This document shows, one piece after another, positions 48,281 to 59,312 of a stretch of DNA of 64,000 nucleotides; within the stretch, counting starts at the first letter, position 1; each line of letters begins with the position of its first letter. The position numbers and the translations under genes were made by a program. Origin of the DNA: Nemertoderma westbladi. Its lineage: Eukaryota > Animalia > Xenacoelomorpha. The stretch lies in NCBI GenBank assembly GCA_032718475.1, contig JAUCBJ010008602.1, positions 35,976 through 99,975 of the forward strand, given 5' to 3'. The notes beneath the pieces were generated by a model. That model worked only from the letters and a program-made list of their open reading frames with translations. It searched no databases and was not told the origin of the DNA.

Positions 48281-49975
48281 GGAATACCAGACGTCTCGCA
48301 AGGACTCTCACCTCTCCTGCAGAGAGCGATATATCACTACAGTTCCTGGAATCGGCTCTGTAAGGCTGTTACATATTTAAAGCGATGTTTTCATCATCAC
48401 TACTCCAGGACGAAGACCAATGGTGATACCGCTCCACTGACATCGGTGCAGGTCCATGTTGTTAAAGATCTTCCCAAATATAAGATATCCGACAGGTTTC
48501 TGAAGGAGAAGATCAGTTATCAGGAGCATGAAGAAACCAATAAGCAGATGCTGAGACTCCTGCAATGCTATGAGGATTCCGATAAGTATTTCCTGTTGTT
48601 GAGAAATCCACAGATGCGCTTAAGGGATCGTTTCTCTAGCACAATGATAGATGGGTTGATACGTGTTGGAGGAAGATTAACTAATGCTCCATTATCCTTT
48701 GACACTAAGTTTCCCATACTCATTAGAAATCTTGAAATACAAATCAAGATGATTGTAGATGTTCACAGCAAACTTTATCATGCTGGTAGAGAACGAGTTC
48801 TTAGCGAAATTCGAACTCGCTATTATTTTTATAAACCCCGTAGAGCTCTGAACCAAGTTCTTAGGAACTGCATACCCTGTAGGAAAGCATTCAGTAGGCC
48901 TTTAACACAGCGAGAGGCACAATTACCTAGGGAACGAGTAAGCTTCTATGAACCACCCTTTACTAATACCGGTGTAGATTTATTTGGCCCTATTGAAGTA
49001 TATCGTGCTAGGACTATAGTCAAGAGATGGTGTGTCATCTTTGTTTGTATGACTTGTAGAGCTATCCATCTCGATATGGTGAACAATTTATCTACCAACA
49101 GCTTCCTATTGAGCTTACGTCGACAGATCGCTCGCTTTGGAACTAGTAACACGATGAGATCTGATAAGGGAACGAACTTCATTGGTGCCAACAATGAAAT
49201 CAAGGCTTACGTCAAAGATTGGAACCAAAGACAGGTGGACGATCAGCTAAGGGTAACAGCGTCTAGCTGGACCTTCAACGCCGCCGACGCCCCTTGGTGG
49301 GGAGGAAGTTGGGAGAGATTAATCAGGAGCGTGAAGACCGCATTTCACTTTATAGTGCCGTGCCGCGCGTATCTCACCGACGAACTTTTGCGGACGTTAA
49401 TGGAGGAAATCGCTGCCTATCTCAACGAGAGACCGCTTATGCCAGTCTCATCGAGTCCCAATTCCCTGGAAGCGCTAACACCCGCGCACTTCCTACTGAA
49501 GAAACCTGTAGCCATGCTCCCACGATCGGAAATCACAGACAGAGACGAATACTGCCGGCAAACTTGGCAACTTATGCAGTTGTCATCCCGTCGTTTCGCT
49601 GACCATTTCGAAAAACATTATCTGCATACGCTACAACTTCGAACTAAGTGGTTTGCGCAGCAAGAAAACGTCAGTGCTGGAGACATGGTCCTTATTGTGG
49701 ATTCAGATCTTCCACGTAAGCGGTGGCAGACAGGTCGTATCATCGAGACTCACATCTCGGATGATGGTTTGGTGCGATCGGTAGAACTCGTCATCTTGCG
49801 ACGTAACTTTAAGAAACCGGGAATTGTCTTCGAGACGCAGCAGCTCAATCGCCCAGTTGGTCGTTTATGTTTACTGGAAAGAGACAGAGAACTCTCCGGA
49901 AACTATGGAAGGCAAGATACTCTTCCCACGACCACCTCCCTAATCCAACAAACATCTAGGGACTCCCCAACGTAA
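48281..49975 (+). CDS. Integrase, out of frame with pol after a 10-nt deletion near 48275
   Basis: HSKLYHAG...CIPC zinc finger, GVDLFGP, SDKGTNF and GGSWERL motifs. Copy 2 reads through this junction in frame. Confidence 0.92.
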   Translation, partial: GIPDVSQGLSPLLQRAIYHYSSWNRLCKAVTYLKRCFHHHYSRTKTNGDTAPLTSVQVHVVKDLPKYKISDRFLKEKISYQEHEETNKQMLRLLQCYEDSDKYFLLLRNPQMRLRDRFSSTMIDGLIRVGGRLTNAPLSFDTKFPILIRNLEIQIKMIVDVHSKLYHAGRERVLSEIRTRYYFYKPRRALNQVLRNCIPCRKAFSRPLTQREAQLPRERVSFYEPPFTNTGVDLFGPIEVYRARTIVKRWCVIFVCMTCRAIHLDMVNNLSTNSFLLSLRRQIARFGTSNTMRSDKGTNFIGANNEIKAYVKDWNQRQVDDQLRVTASSWTFNAADAPWWGGSWERLIRSVKTAFHFIVPCRAYLTDELLRTLMEEIAAYLNERPLMPVSSSPNSLEALTPAHFLLKKPVAMLPRSEITDRDEYCRQTWQLMQLSSRRFADHFEKHYLHTLQLRTKWFAQQENVSAGDMVLIVDSDLPRKRWQTGRIIETHISDDGLVRSVELVILRRNFKKPGIVFETQQLNRPVGRLCLLERDRELSGNYGRQDTLPTTTSLIQQTSRDSPT

Positions 49976-50530
49976 CAGCGTCTGGAGTGGGTGTATGACT
50001 ATACTATTTTATATTTGTTTCATTATTTTATATTTATGTATGTATTATTATGTAATTTTATTATAATCGTTTTCTTTAATTTTATTTAGTAGAATGTTAT
50101 TTTAGCGATTATTTAGTAGATTAGTGCCATATATATATTCGCGTTTATTACTTAATTACTTATATATTATATATTTAGTGCGACGGCGAGAAATAATTCT
50201 TTTTCTCTTTCCTTACTGTTCGTATTACATTATAAATACGTGACTACAGTAAGATGAAATATCCGTACTTATTAAAGTACAATAAAGCTCCTACTATATT
50301 CAAGTATTATTGGTAAGTAGAGTATTAGGAATGCAAAATTCAGATCCTCGTGTCTCGGCTAAACCAAGCTCTGGGTAGACCTTGGAAACGACTTGCCTCT
50401 TCTCACTGACATTGCTTCTTGCGATATTGCTCTCATACCGTATATTAAATAATACATATAGTAGCGTGATGTCCCTTTAATAGTAGCGTAAAACGCAAAA
50501 TAAATCTGTTAAACCTTTTGACCATCTGTA

Positions 50531-50804
50531 ATTCTAGTCGATTAAGATATCGCGGCACCCACCGATATACTTGAAAGACAAAATTCTAGAATCAGTGGTT
50601 AACGTCCCCAGACAAGTTCTGGAATAAACTGGTGCCCATCCTAAATATTAACTATTAATATTTATAAAATCTGTCAAATTTTAGATCCTTTAAAATTCTA
50701 GTCTATTAAGATATCGTAGCACTTACCGATATTCTTAAAAAGACCAATTTCCTAGAATCAAGGATCCCAGTCCCCAGACATGTTCTGGAATAAAATTGTG
50801 TCTA
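50531..50804. other. Duplicated about 105-nt structured module in the pol-to-accessory-ORF spacer
   Basis: Two units (50531-50637 and 50695-50804), each with nested stems TCTAG/CTAGA, GTC/GAC and ATATCG/CGATAT, then a CCAGA/TCTGG hairpin and AATAAA. Present in all three copies. Confidence 0.6.
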
Positions 50805-51613
50805 TTTAATATTAAATAATAAAATTTACGGGAATAAATTTAAATTCATCTTTTAATGAATTTGATAAATTGTCATTTTTATACAATTTATAACATTCCC
50901 AAAATTCCATAAATTAATAGATCATGGGAGCGGAGATTCACCCTATTAAGTATATTAGTGTGCGAGAATCTCCAATATATAGTCAATAGCCGATAAAATT
51001 CATAAAATCATGTATAAAGAGGAATATTGACAATTAAAGAATTACTATTAAATAGCATCCCAGATCTGTATGCATGAGAATTACCCTAATTCTACTGCTA
51101 GCTTTCCATAATGTCACCATGGCAACAACCACGCTAGAATTAGAAGTGAGTTAAAAGAACAATAAAGGCTTGCCCCATTGAATAGCATAAGGAATAAATA
51201 GCATACTGCTAGTATCCCAGGATACCCAATAATAACGTGGCATTCTGGAAGGCACTTGACTAACGGACAAATGGCCCGAATGTGTGCGGTTTGTGACAGT
51301 TGTGTGGAATTTGTGTGTTTATAGGTGAATGTTACTACTAAAGTGTGTTTACAGTAGCGAGTCGCAATTGTGAAAGTAGCCCTAACTCTCCAGTAAGAAC
51401 CTGAAGTAAATCTAAGCCTTTGGGACGGACGGTGGAGTGACTCGCGCTGGTTGTTGTGGTCGTTGTGCAGCTACTACGTTGGCGATAGGCACATCGGCGA
51501 AAGTACACCAGCGCTGAGGATCTTGCGCTGTCCGGGGGCCGAGAGGGGTAGGCAGCGACGCCCGCTAGCCTAATTATAACTAATTATAATATTGATAAAC
51601 TCATATAGCAGCT

Positions 51614-52973
51614 ATGACTGAGTTGATAGAAGATGATCTTGGTATCAGGGAGAAATATACTCTACCGTTGCAAGCGTTTGTTGATAGCTTGATACGCAGC
51701 GACGCTAGTCCAACTACTACGGAGGACGATGGTCGTTATATCGAACCGCCGATGTCCCAGGAGCAACTTACGCGTGAATTGGACTATCGAAAATTCACTG
51801 CTCGCTATACGCATCGTAATGGTACGCATATGGACTTCTTAACTACTGGTCATCCTATCGATTTACACGATACGGACGATGTCGACACCGAAAGGGAAAT
51901 GGTACTATTTAAATATCCTACCCAGCGGAGTCGGAACGATAAACTGAAAATCGAATGCGAAAATTCTATTCGAAATCGAATCGAAAGAGAAGACGTTAAA
52001 GAACCGGATAAACGCGGTAACTCCAACGTATATTTGGAATTCTTGAGAGAAACATTGTAAAACCGAATAAATATCACCCGCGTTTCCCCTACAAGACGTG
52101 CGTCTTTGGTATTATTGCGATGAATGCCCAAGACCCAACCAACAAACGGAAAGACATAAACATCCGTGGAGACGTTGCTTTAAACACGGTTTTACTCGCT
52201 ATATTTACGGGAGTTTCGAGCGAAACTTGTTCGATGTATCACCTACGCTCGTTCGATTCAAACGATCCTTAAATAAACCTATGATCAGAGTTCCGGAATA
52301 CTCGGTCAGACCTCCTCATTCCCTAGTTAGACTTCAGACTCTTGATCCTAATAGTATCACGGATCCTCCCGAACTGTACTCACTGTTCAAAGATCTAGTG
52401 TTACCCGAACAGTTAGTCGGTGGCACTCCGGTTGTGGGCTCCCTAAATATTCGCCCATCTTACCTAGCCGGATTGGGACGCGGACATCTAATATCGTCAT
52501 TCAACCGTATCATCGTCCCGGTTTAACCCGATACAACCTGTCACCAAGGCGGAGGAGAGAGTTGTACGAAACGTGTTGGACACTATTCGTCAAAAGATCG
52601 GAAAAGGAACCTATAATTGTTTAGAGAAATGTAAATTGCAGCAGCAAGTCAAAGCGGTAAACGAATTAGCTTTATCTCAGTTCGATCAGGAAATCCAGAA
52701 TCTCTAAGAAGATATCGAACTTGGACGACCCTATTCTCTGCAAGAGTTTTTGGACGAACGCATCCAACGATAAGCGGAGGAAAATCAGCTTGAGGAGAAG
52801 CATATCGAAATGGACGAGACATCGACCATAACCCTAAACCTTCCGATGCAATTGTATTGCACCCTTTACCCAGGAGTTATAGCCCTCCTAGTAAAGTGGC
52901 TCGCCCCAAAGAGAAAAGGACTCTTGCTAGCCTCAAAAAACTGCGTAAAAGCCGTCCGCGCAAGAAAGACTAA
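51614..52973 (+). pseudogene. Accessory ORF-A (51614-52272) and ORF-B (52281-52973) of copy 3, degenerate
   Basis: Homologous to copies 1 and 2. It shares an about 160-nt ORF-A deletion with copy 2. Confidence 0.7.
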
Positions 52974-53051
52974 CTGTTTAGAGTATTTTTATATTTTAGA
53001 AACTGTGATTTTGTATATTTTATAGACTCAAATCCCATTTTCTGGGAGCGG

Positions 53052-54198
53052 TGTAAAAGCTTTTGCGGATGTAACAAGCTATTTTTCTCCGCAATATACT
53101 GAGTAGGTATTTTAGCGGACATAACAAGCGATTTTGCCCGCTATGTCTGCATGTGTGCTTTAGCGGACATAAAAAGCCATTTTTCTCCGCAATAAGCTCA
53201 AATACTCTAAACATCGGAACTCAGATGACGACATCTATCAGCTGTGTCCACGTGTAACTTTTTCTTTGTTCTTTGTTCGTTCTTTGTTCGGTCGACCAAT
53301 CAGAGCGGTTTTCACTCTGTGTTTGACATTGTATACAGAAACTCACGCAATTCAGTCAGTGTGTATTTTCCCTAAGCCTAGAACACCGGCTTTGGAATTA
53401 TTCTGTTTTTCAGACTTTAGCCAAACATTAGTAGGCTTTGATCATAGAAACGTATAACTGTTATCAATGCAATCAACGCAATTCATATTGTTACCAATCA
53501 TATTGTCACCTACAAACACCGCATTATTTTACTGCTATTTACTGTCGGTTATTAATTATATCAGTTGATGGAATATTATTATATTTGGATAATATCGATA
53601 AATAATCATAAAACCCCAATCTTCTTGATATACTGAAGGTAAGAGACAGGTTACATATAGCAATTGCGACTTACATTATATTGGTTTTGGAGTGAATCTA
53701 ATGCTATTTCATAGGCACTACATGTGTCGGTTGCTGTTCTCTTTATATGTGACTAAAATTAGTGAAGGTCGGCAGATCGGTGTGCAGCATTGTGCGGTAG
53801 TGTGCATGATTGTGACAGATAACAAAGCATCTCCTAAAAATGCGCTTTATACGTGAATCAATAGCCATCCCGTTGTGTTTAGTGTGAGTCATAACTCTGT
53901 TTACATACTTAGAGCGCCACATCCTAAAGGAACTGTTAATATTTCCCGAAAGTGAATAATATTGGTCAGAGATTATATATTAACGATCAATCGAATAATA
54001 CAGTAGGCCTACATCGCAATAAGGTCAGAGCTTCCGAATCCAGTCTCCCGGGTATATCCAGCGGGTGAATGGTCGCGCATAGGCTGGCTTCGGCTAATGT
54101 AGTGTATCAAATACTCGTCATAGGCTAAAGTCGATTTATAACCTAGAAGACACCTAAATTTGGCAGGTTAAACTGCTAAAGGTCTGAAAGTGCGAACA
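53052..54198 (+). repeat. 3' LTR of copy 3, preceded by a short polypurine-like tract GGGAGCGG
   Basis: Matches 37920-39066. Confidence 0.97.
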
Positions 54199-54503
54199 CC
54201 CCTAGTATATTCATTCAGAGCATGGGTAGTACTGTTTGAAAAGATCAACTAGGTTCGAGAAAGCTCGGTTGTAATTTAAAACACTCGACTGAAACTCTGA
54301 CAGGTGGCCATAGTCCATGGGCCAGTCAGCATAGGGGATACTTTTTGGTAACCATCTGGAACTTATATTTTTGGGAAGACCTAGCTTCTGGCCATTCATT
54401 TTGATATGATACCAAATCTGAATCGGCAGCTGACTTGGTGTTATCACCGGTTGTCATGGAAATAGCAAAATAACAAACATGCTGTAGTAGTCGGTAGTAG
54501 ACT

Positions 54504-56459
54504 GATGCACACTATCAAACATATGACTTGACACCTACCACAAAAGAAGATTAGTATTAACTTTAGCACATATATTTATCATCATTGTTCCTAAATGATT
54601 TCTGTAAAGATGATTCCCTCGATAATGACATTTTTGAATACTAAATCCACTCTTTATTTTATCCATTATTTAGGTAAAAGGTGAACAAAGGACAGCTTCT
54701 GTCACCATCCCCTTGAAAAACTCCCGTACATCGGAAGTGATTGCAGTGTCTCCAATAAGAGCAGATGTTTCACTCAAACAATCAGCTGTCGCACGGAACC
54801 TCATTAGCCTGACCAGTCTGCATTCGGTGCTCTTGGAACACCCACTGCACATGCACAAGGCTAATTACTGTATATCTGCCAGGGCAATCAGCTCGCCTTG
54901 TCGCAATGGGGACCCGTGTTCTAGGGTATTAACTGAGGCTAGTCTAGTGACTTGCCTCAGGTTCACCAATAATGGCTTGGTTGGTCGGGGTGGAACATGA
55001 GACTAGCCTCCAATTCCAGAATCCCTCCCCCCTCGCAATCTGGCCTCCCAGGTGACCCTGTTCTGGATTCACTCAGTTTATTGTGGTTCCAGTAAATTGT
55101 TATCATTGGAAAATCTCATCACAACATTAGAGACTTATATTAAAGGCATACTGTATAAAAGAACAATAAATGCAGATATGATATTCTCGATACTCATTCT
55201 GACCTATTAATCTAATTCCGGTACTACTGCACTACTGGTCTAACATTACCGGTAACACAATCAGACTACATAGTTGGGACTTACAGTAGGTCATACTAAT
55301 CTAATTACTAAAATCTCGTCAGACAAAAAGACGAATAAATTCCCCCAATTATCTTTCAATTTAAAATCATGTAATAATTTATATCGTATCTTATAAATGT
55401 CTTGAGAGACCCAGGGTTTTTTGGGCCAGAACGGTCATCATGAAAGAGACTCACATAATTTTTTGGCCACTCTCTCTCTCTCGTGTGGGGAGGGGGGGGG
55501 GGGGGGGGGGGGCTCTGACAGGCAGCCAGTCAGAAGCAAACTGACGCCTGTGAGGCAAAATGTGTCAGGTAATTCCACTGGCCTATAGTGGCCGGACCTC
55601 CGAATTACTAATGTGATTCATACATGTAGTAGTGGGTTAGGGGTGTTTTTGCCATTCCACGGGGCGGGTGTCGCAGTTGAATCAGATATGGGGCCCATCA
55701 CCCATCCGATATCCACTCTGAAGCACATGACCCACCATTGGATATGTAGCCAGCTCATCTGCTGGGCCATGCCCGGTACCCCTGCTGCCAAGTGCAGGTC
55801 GCAGTGGAGTGCTCTCAAATTGGACATGAGAGCACTGTACTCCTGACCAGCCATTAGTAGATTACCATCTGCATGGTCAGGCCATATACCCCTGCAGCCA
55901 AGTACATGGGTCCTTAATCCAGGACCAAGGGCGTAACTATCGCAGAACGATCTTACAGAACACCTGCTCTTCATGCAGCATAAAATGGATCAACGGTTGT
56001 AGTTGTTGCTGCAGAAAATAAAGACATAACAGTGTTGTTACTTGTTGCGTTGTGTGATGCCCTGAAATGCCAGGTTTATCAAAAGTGTGGATCTCATCTC
56101 CAAGTAGAATAACGTATTGTAACATAAACCCTACCCTTAGTGCCCTATTGCAATATATGGAGAACTGTTGTAGCCAATGAGATGGAACCAACGCTATTTT
56201 CACCAAATATATATCACAGAGTACACCCCTGGACTAAGAATACTCCATTTCCTCTTATGACATCATACGAACTAAGAAAACTTACCTAATTAAGTATTTA
56301 TTAAATAAAGTGGATTTAGTATTCAAAAATGTCATTATCGAGGGAATCATCTTTACAGAAATCATTTAGGAACAATGATGATAAATATATAATATGCTAA
56401 AGTTAATACTAACCTTCTTTTGTGGTAGGTGTCAAGTAATATGTTTGATAGTGTGCATC
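54504..56459. mobile_element. Non-autonomous TIR DNA element with about 150-bp terminal inverted repeats (possibly PIF/Harbinger-like)
   Basis: 54504-54655 (GATGCACACTATCAAAC...AAATCCACT) is the reverse complement of about 56308-56459. Confidence 0.7.
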
Positions 56460-56707
56460 TGGACCATCTTTAATTGCATCTGTTGTCATGGTAACCTGTG
56501 AAGGAGTGGTGTCTGAAATGCTATTTAGATGTCACTTGTTATTTTAAAGTATTGTACTGTAGTCACATTATGATTGAAACAAATTTGAAACAATAATTTT
56601 GAAACAGAGTGGAATGAGATTAAATTGTTGATAAAGAAAAATATTCCAGACATGGGTATAACTTTGGTACCATATATAACCGTTATAACAAAACGAGAGA
56701 AAGCCGC

Positions 56708-59312
56708 CCCAATATTAGATTATTACAACAACATATCCATTGGGTAAGAAAGTGGAGGAGAGCCAGCCCGTCTCTTAATTTTTTACTTTATATTACGCGA
56801 TCAATTTTCACTCATCTCGTCATGAACCCAACATGTATGTAACCTTTTGTTAAATTTGTTGGCTATGCGTTTGCGGTTGTTTGGGCGGAGTGTGGTAGGC
56901 CTACACTTTTCACACTTAAATATTTTGGTTGTGAAATGTTACAGGGCATAGCGTTCTGAGATATTTCATTTATATTTTAATATGTGAGGAAGAAGAACAT
57001 AAAACGTTATTTACTATATATGTAACAAAATAATTGTTTTCGTGTGTAACTTGGAAGCCTCCCCAAATAGTTGATATACAATTATATTTAAAATTATTTC
57101 CATGGTCATGGTCATTCACCCGTCTTTAGTTAGAAATTTGTTTGCATGAAAGACAGTTTAGTTTAGTTTTTGCTGATTTATTATCTCTTATCTGACTGGG
57201 GTAATAATAAAGGATAGGATAAATGGAAGCAAAGTGTGACAGTAACAAATATTTCCCCGTCACCCTAGCATGTCTTAAGTATATGATATATCAAAGGGGG
57301 AAGTTTGGATTCACTGCATAAATGCAGTTCACCAATCTTCCCCCGAATGCACACTGTAACTTCCCCCTTCCCACAAATATCCACTGTTGAATTAATTTGA
57401 AGCGATATAATAAGTACACGAAGTGGGGCCTTCGCGCAGCACGTGAAATGAGTTAATGCTAAGTATCAACTCGAAAGGATTATAAAAACATAGGAGAAGA
57501 TTTTCCCGGAAAACGTTAACCCTCTAGCGGGAGACTGGGTAACTGAAGAAGGAAGGATTAGTTTCCCTACAAAGCCACAGCCTATGGTCTATTACATATC
57601 TACCAAGTTTCCGATTGACGGATCATAAATAACGAAATGTTGGAAGGTTTTCACTTTCATACATTTAGCCCTCTAGCGGCATATTAAAGAACTACGGATC
57701 GATCACCTTCCTCACAAAGACGAGGCATGTGGTCTAGTACATACCGGTACTGTATATTCCAAAATTCAGCTTAAATAGATTAAGATCAAGGAATTCGCGA
57801 AGGTTATCACTTTCCTACATTTCGCCCTCTAGCGGCAGACTCGAAAACTCCGGACCGATTACTGTCCACACAAAGACTTAGGATGTCTTCTAGTACATAT
57901 ATGACAAGTTTCAGCGTAATCAGATCATAAACAACTAAATGGAAGAATAATTTCACATTCGGGACATTTCGCCCTCTAGCGGCAGACTGGAGAACTGCAG
58001 ACAGATTAGCCTCCTTTGAAATTTACAGCTAATGGTCTAGTACATACTTCCCAAGTTTCAGCTTAAACGGATTAAAACCAAAGAAATGGGTGGCCATTTA
58101 ATGTTTAGACTTGTGGCCCTCTACCGGCAGACTGGAAAACTTCGGACCGATTACAATCCACACAAAGACTCAGGATGTCATCTAGTACATATATGACAAG
58201 TTTCAGCGTAATCAGATCATAAACAACTAAATGGAAGAATAATTTCACATTCGGGACATTTCGCCCTCTAGCGGCAGACTGGAGAACTGCAGACAGATTA
58301 GCCTCCTTTGAAATTTACAGCTAATGGTCTAGTACATACTTCCCAAGTTTCAGCTTAAACGGATTAAAAGCAAAGAAATGGGTGGCCATTTAATGTTTAG
58401 ACATGTGGCCCTCTAGCGGGAGACCATTGCACTGATGGTGTCTGAAAGTCTCTCAAAAATCTCAACTTTTGCTCATATTGATACCTACAAATTTTCAACT
58501 TGGCAGCTTTAAATCCGACAAAGTTATTAGCATGTCAAAATCGTAACGACGACGACAACGACGACGACGACGACGACAACGACGACGACGACGACAACTA
58601 TTTGCATAAATTGACCCACCCCCTAACAGTGTCAATTCGCTAAGGCTCCGCCAACTTCGTGGCTCGCCCCACAAAATTGTGCGAGTTTTTAATTGTGTGG
58701 TCCAATTGTTATTTGATTTCTATTTATTATTTAAAGTGCATTTAATATCACACTGGTTTTTAGAATATTATACTATACAACCTTATGTTTTATTAATTTA
58801 CCCAATCGAAGCCTCATAAGGGCCGGTTATTAGTACGCATATCCCCTAATGCGCTCAGTAAGGTTCAAACAACATATTAATATGAAAATAAAGTATCTGC
58901 AAAGAAAAGAACCCAATACTATATAATTTGACCTTATTAAAAAATTTGCACTTTTGCACACTTATTTGTACAAATGCACTTTAGCAGATCGTAATGGTGG
59001 CTCTTATTTAACAAACTTATGTTTATCCTCTACCGATCTACGATGGTGTATGATCAAGTGTCAGTCGCTAAAAGTGTCAAAAATACAATTTAATAAATCT
59101 GGATTTGCGATTTTGGACCATATTCATGGACATTTTTAAGTCACTTTATAGACATAAAAAGTTAAACAAATGTTACGATTACAGTTAGAAATCATTCCAA
59201 ACTACATTTTAATCCAAAAAATAACATTCTACGATGAATAGAACTGGAAATAACAGTGTTTGAAATATCGAAAAAATGTTCACTATTTAAGTGCATTTTG
59301 CACTAAGTGCAC
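56708..59312 (+). repeat. Interspersed repeat copy B, containing nested insertions
   Basis: Collinear with 22440-23610 apart from insertions at about 57121-57300 and 57419-58673. Confidence 0.85.
57419..58673 (-). mobile_element. Non-autonomous insertion with about 146-bp internal tandem repeats and a (GTC)n microsatellite
   Basis: Absent from the empty site at about 22965 (AAGTACAAAATTG). ACA is duplicated at 57416-57418 and 58671-58673. Related termini occur at about 21715-21745 and 21974-21998. Confidence 0.8.

Larger units (their letters stand above)
37920..54198 (+). mobile_element. Full-length BEL/Pao LTR retrotransposon (16.3 kb), copy 3
   Basis: Paired 1147-bp LTRs with TG...CA ends. 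TSD CCCCT at 37915-37919 and 54199-54203. Domain order is gag-PR-RT-RH-IN. Confidence 0.97.

Noticed and set aside
48270-48285. Programmed frameshift or readthrough between RNase H and integrase
   Set aside because: Copy 2 is 10 nt longer here and in frame, so this is an inactivating deletion in copy 3.
54670-56206. ORFs inside the TIR element
   Set aside because: They are short, with no transposase or other recognisable motif.
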